Assembly: GCA_036229005.1 (NCBI GenBank) | Contig: JAZAMN010000024.1 | Span: forward strand, 192,001 to 256,000 | DNA length: 64,000 bases | Direction of reading: 5' to 3' | Origin: Myxococcota bacterium | GTDB taxonomy: Bacteria; Myxococcota_A; UBA796; CAJQPC01 | Shown here: positions 63,256 through 64,000 of the stretch, piece after piece | Numbering within the stretch: the first letter of the stretch is position 1 | Layout of the letters: every line of letters starts with the position of its first letter | The notes under the pieces: model-generated | Told to the model about the DNA's origin: nothing | The model's database searches: none | Seen by the model: the letters and a program-made list of their open reading frames with translations, nothing else | Position numbers and translations under genes: made by a program

Positions 63256-64000
63256 TCAGCGGGCCATGGTCGCGCTCGAGAAGCTGCTGATCTGGGCGCT
63301 GTCGGTGAAGCCGACGGAGTGGGTGCCGGGGAGAAAGTAGCCGCTGTGGCTCGTCCACAGGGTCCCGAAGCTGTTGTAGCCGCCGGCCGTCACCGCGCCG
63401 AAGTACCAGGGAAGCCGCTCGGTGGCGCTGACCTTCCGGTACAGCCCCGCTCGACTCCCCGCGTTCAAGAAGTAGAAGGTCTGAGGCAGCTCCGAAGTGC
63501 TCAGTCCGCACCCGCCGCTCGAGTGGAAGCCGCTGCGGATGGCGGTCACGGGCCCGAGGTACCCACTGCCGACGAAGTCGATCCGGTCCACGGTGAAGGG
63601 GCAGGACCAGCTCCCGTGGGCGCTCTCCCGGAGGGTGGCCCCACTCAGATTGGTAAGCACCGCCCCGCCGCTGTAGCTGCTGCTGAGCAAGGCGAGGTAG
63701 GACGTGGTCCCGCTCAGACGGGTCTCCAGCAGAGCCCACCGCTGCCGGTCCAGCACCAGCTCCCCCGAGTGGATCTGGATGCGCTCGTGGGTGACGCACA
63801 CCTCCAGGCCCCAGCACTCGTCGTCGTTGCAGTCGCGCTGACCGTCGCCGTCGTCGTCCTTGCCGTTGTCGCAGGTCTCCGCGCACACGTTGGAGCAATC
63901 GCCGTCTTCACAGTCGACCAGACCGTCCAGGTCCTCGTCCAGGCCGTCGCTGCAGTCCAGCTCGTGTTCCGGCGCACAGGCTGCCGCGCAGTCGGGGTCA
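63256..64000 (-). CDS. C-terminal part of a protein with Cys-rich CxDGxDxDxDGxxDCxDxDC repeats (5' end outside window)
   Basis: Frame is open to the window end: DPDC..., CSDGLDEDLDGLVDCEDGDC, CDNGKDDDGDGQRDCNDDEC. Confidence 0.75.
   Translation of the reverse strand, partial: DPDCAAACAPEHELDCSDGLDEDLDGLVDCEDGDCSNVCAETCDNGKDDDGDGQRDCNDDECWGLEVCVTHERIQIHSGELVLDRQRWALLETRLSGTTSYLALLSSSYSGGAVLTNLSGATLRESAHGSWSCPFTVDRIDFVGSGYLGPVTAIRSGFHSSGGCGLSTSELPQTFYFLNAGSRAGLYRKVSATERLPWYFGAVTAGGYNSFGTLWTSHSGYFLPGTHSVGFTDSAQISSFSSATMAR

Noticed and set aside
63714..63977. Possible frameshift in the terminal Cys-rich gene
   Set aside because: The 63256 frame stays open to the window end and encodes the repeats; this ORF is an alternative-frame artefact.

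Overview
High-GC (roughly 70%, estimated by eye), gene-dense bacterial chromosomal window with about 51 protein-coding genes. I found no rRNA, tRNA, CRISPR array, transposase or prophage gene. The gene repertoire (AgmX/PglI-like protein, DUF1501 plus a CxxCH partner, Cys-rich DxDxDG repeats, a sigma54-type promoter, many lipoproteins) suggests a Myxococcota/deltaproteobacterial lineage, which is an inference. Recognisable content: gpmI, ltaE, mdh, a Ni-SOD operon (sodN-sodX-nickel permease), thiG plus a thiE/tenI-like gene, di-heme cytochrome c peroxidase, acyl-CoA synthetase, MFS/POT transporter, GT-C glycosyltransferase, RluA, SWIM-SNF2 helicase, B12 radical SAM, S41 peptidase, saccharopine dehydrogenase family, GH92, penicillin acylase, gluQ, ybgC-like thioesterase, M50 protease, DUF4272 and pbpC with alpha-2-macroglobulin. 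Most unusual signals: (1) about a dozen envelope proteins carry ultra-short (Cys at residue 8-11), uncharged lipobox signal peptides such as MLLLLLSC; (2) many genes have a TAnnnT -10 box exactly 6-7 nt before the start codon, suggesting leaderless transcription and independently pinning several of those short starts; (3) D-[ST]-[AG] repeat linkers in exported proteins, one next to a GT-C enzyme; (4) a ~180-nt multi-hairpin, plus-strand-biased intergenic element at 34991-35167; (5) a head-to-head array of 31-bp repeats at 8821-9001. All product calls are from motif recognition, not database searches.
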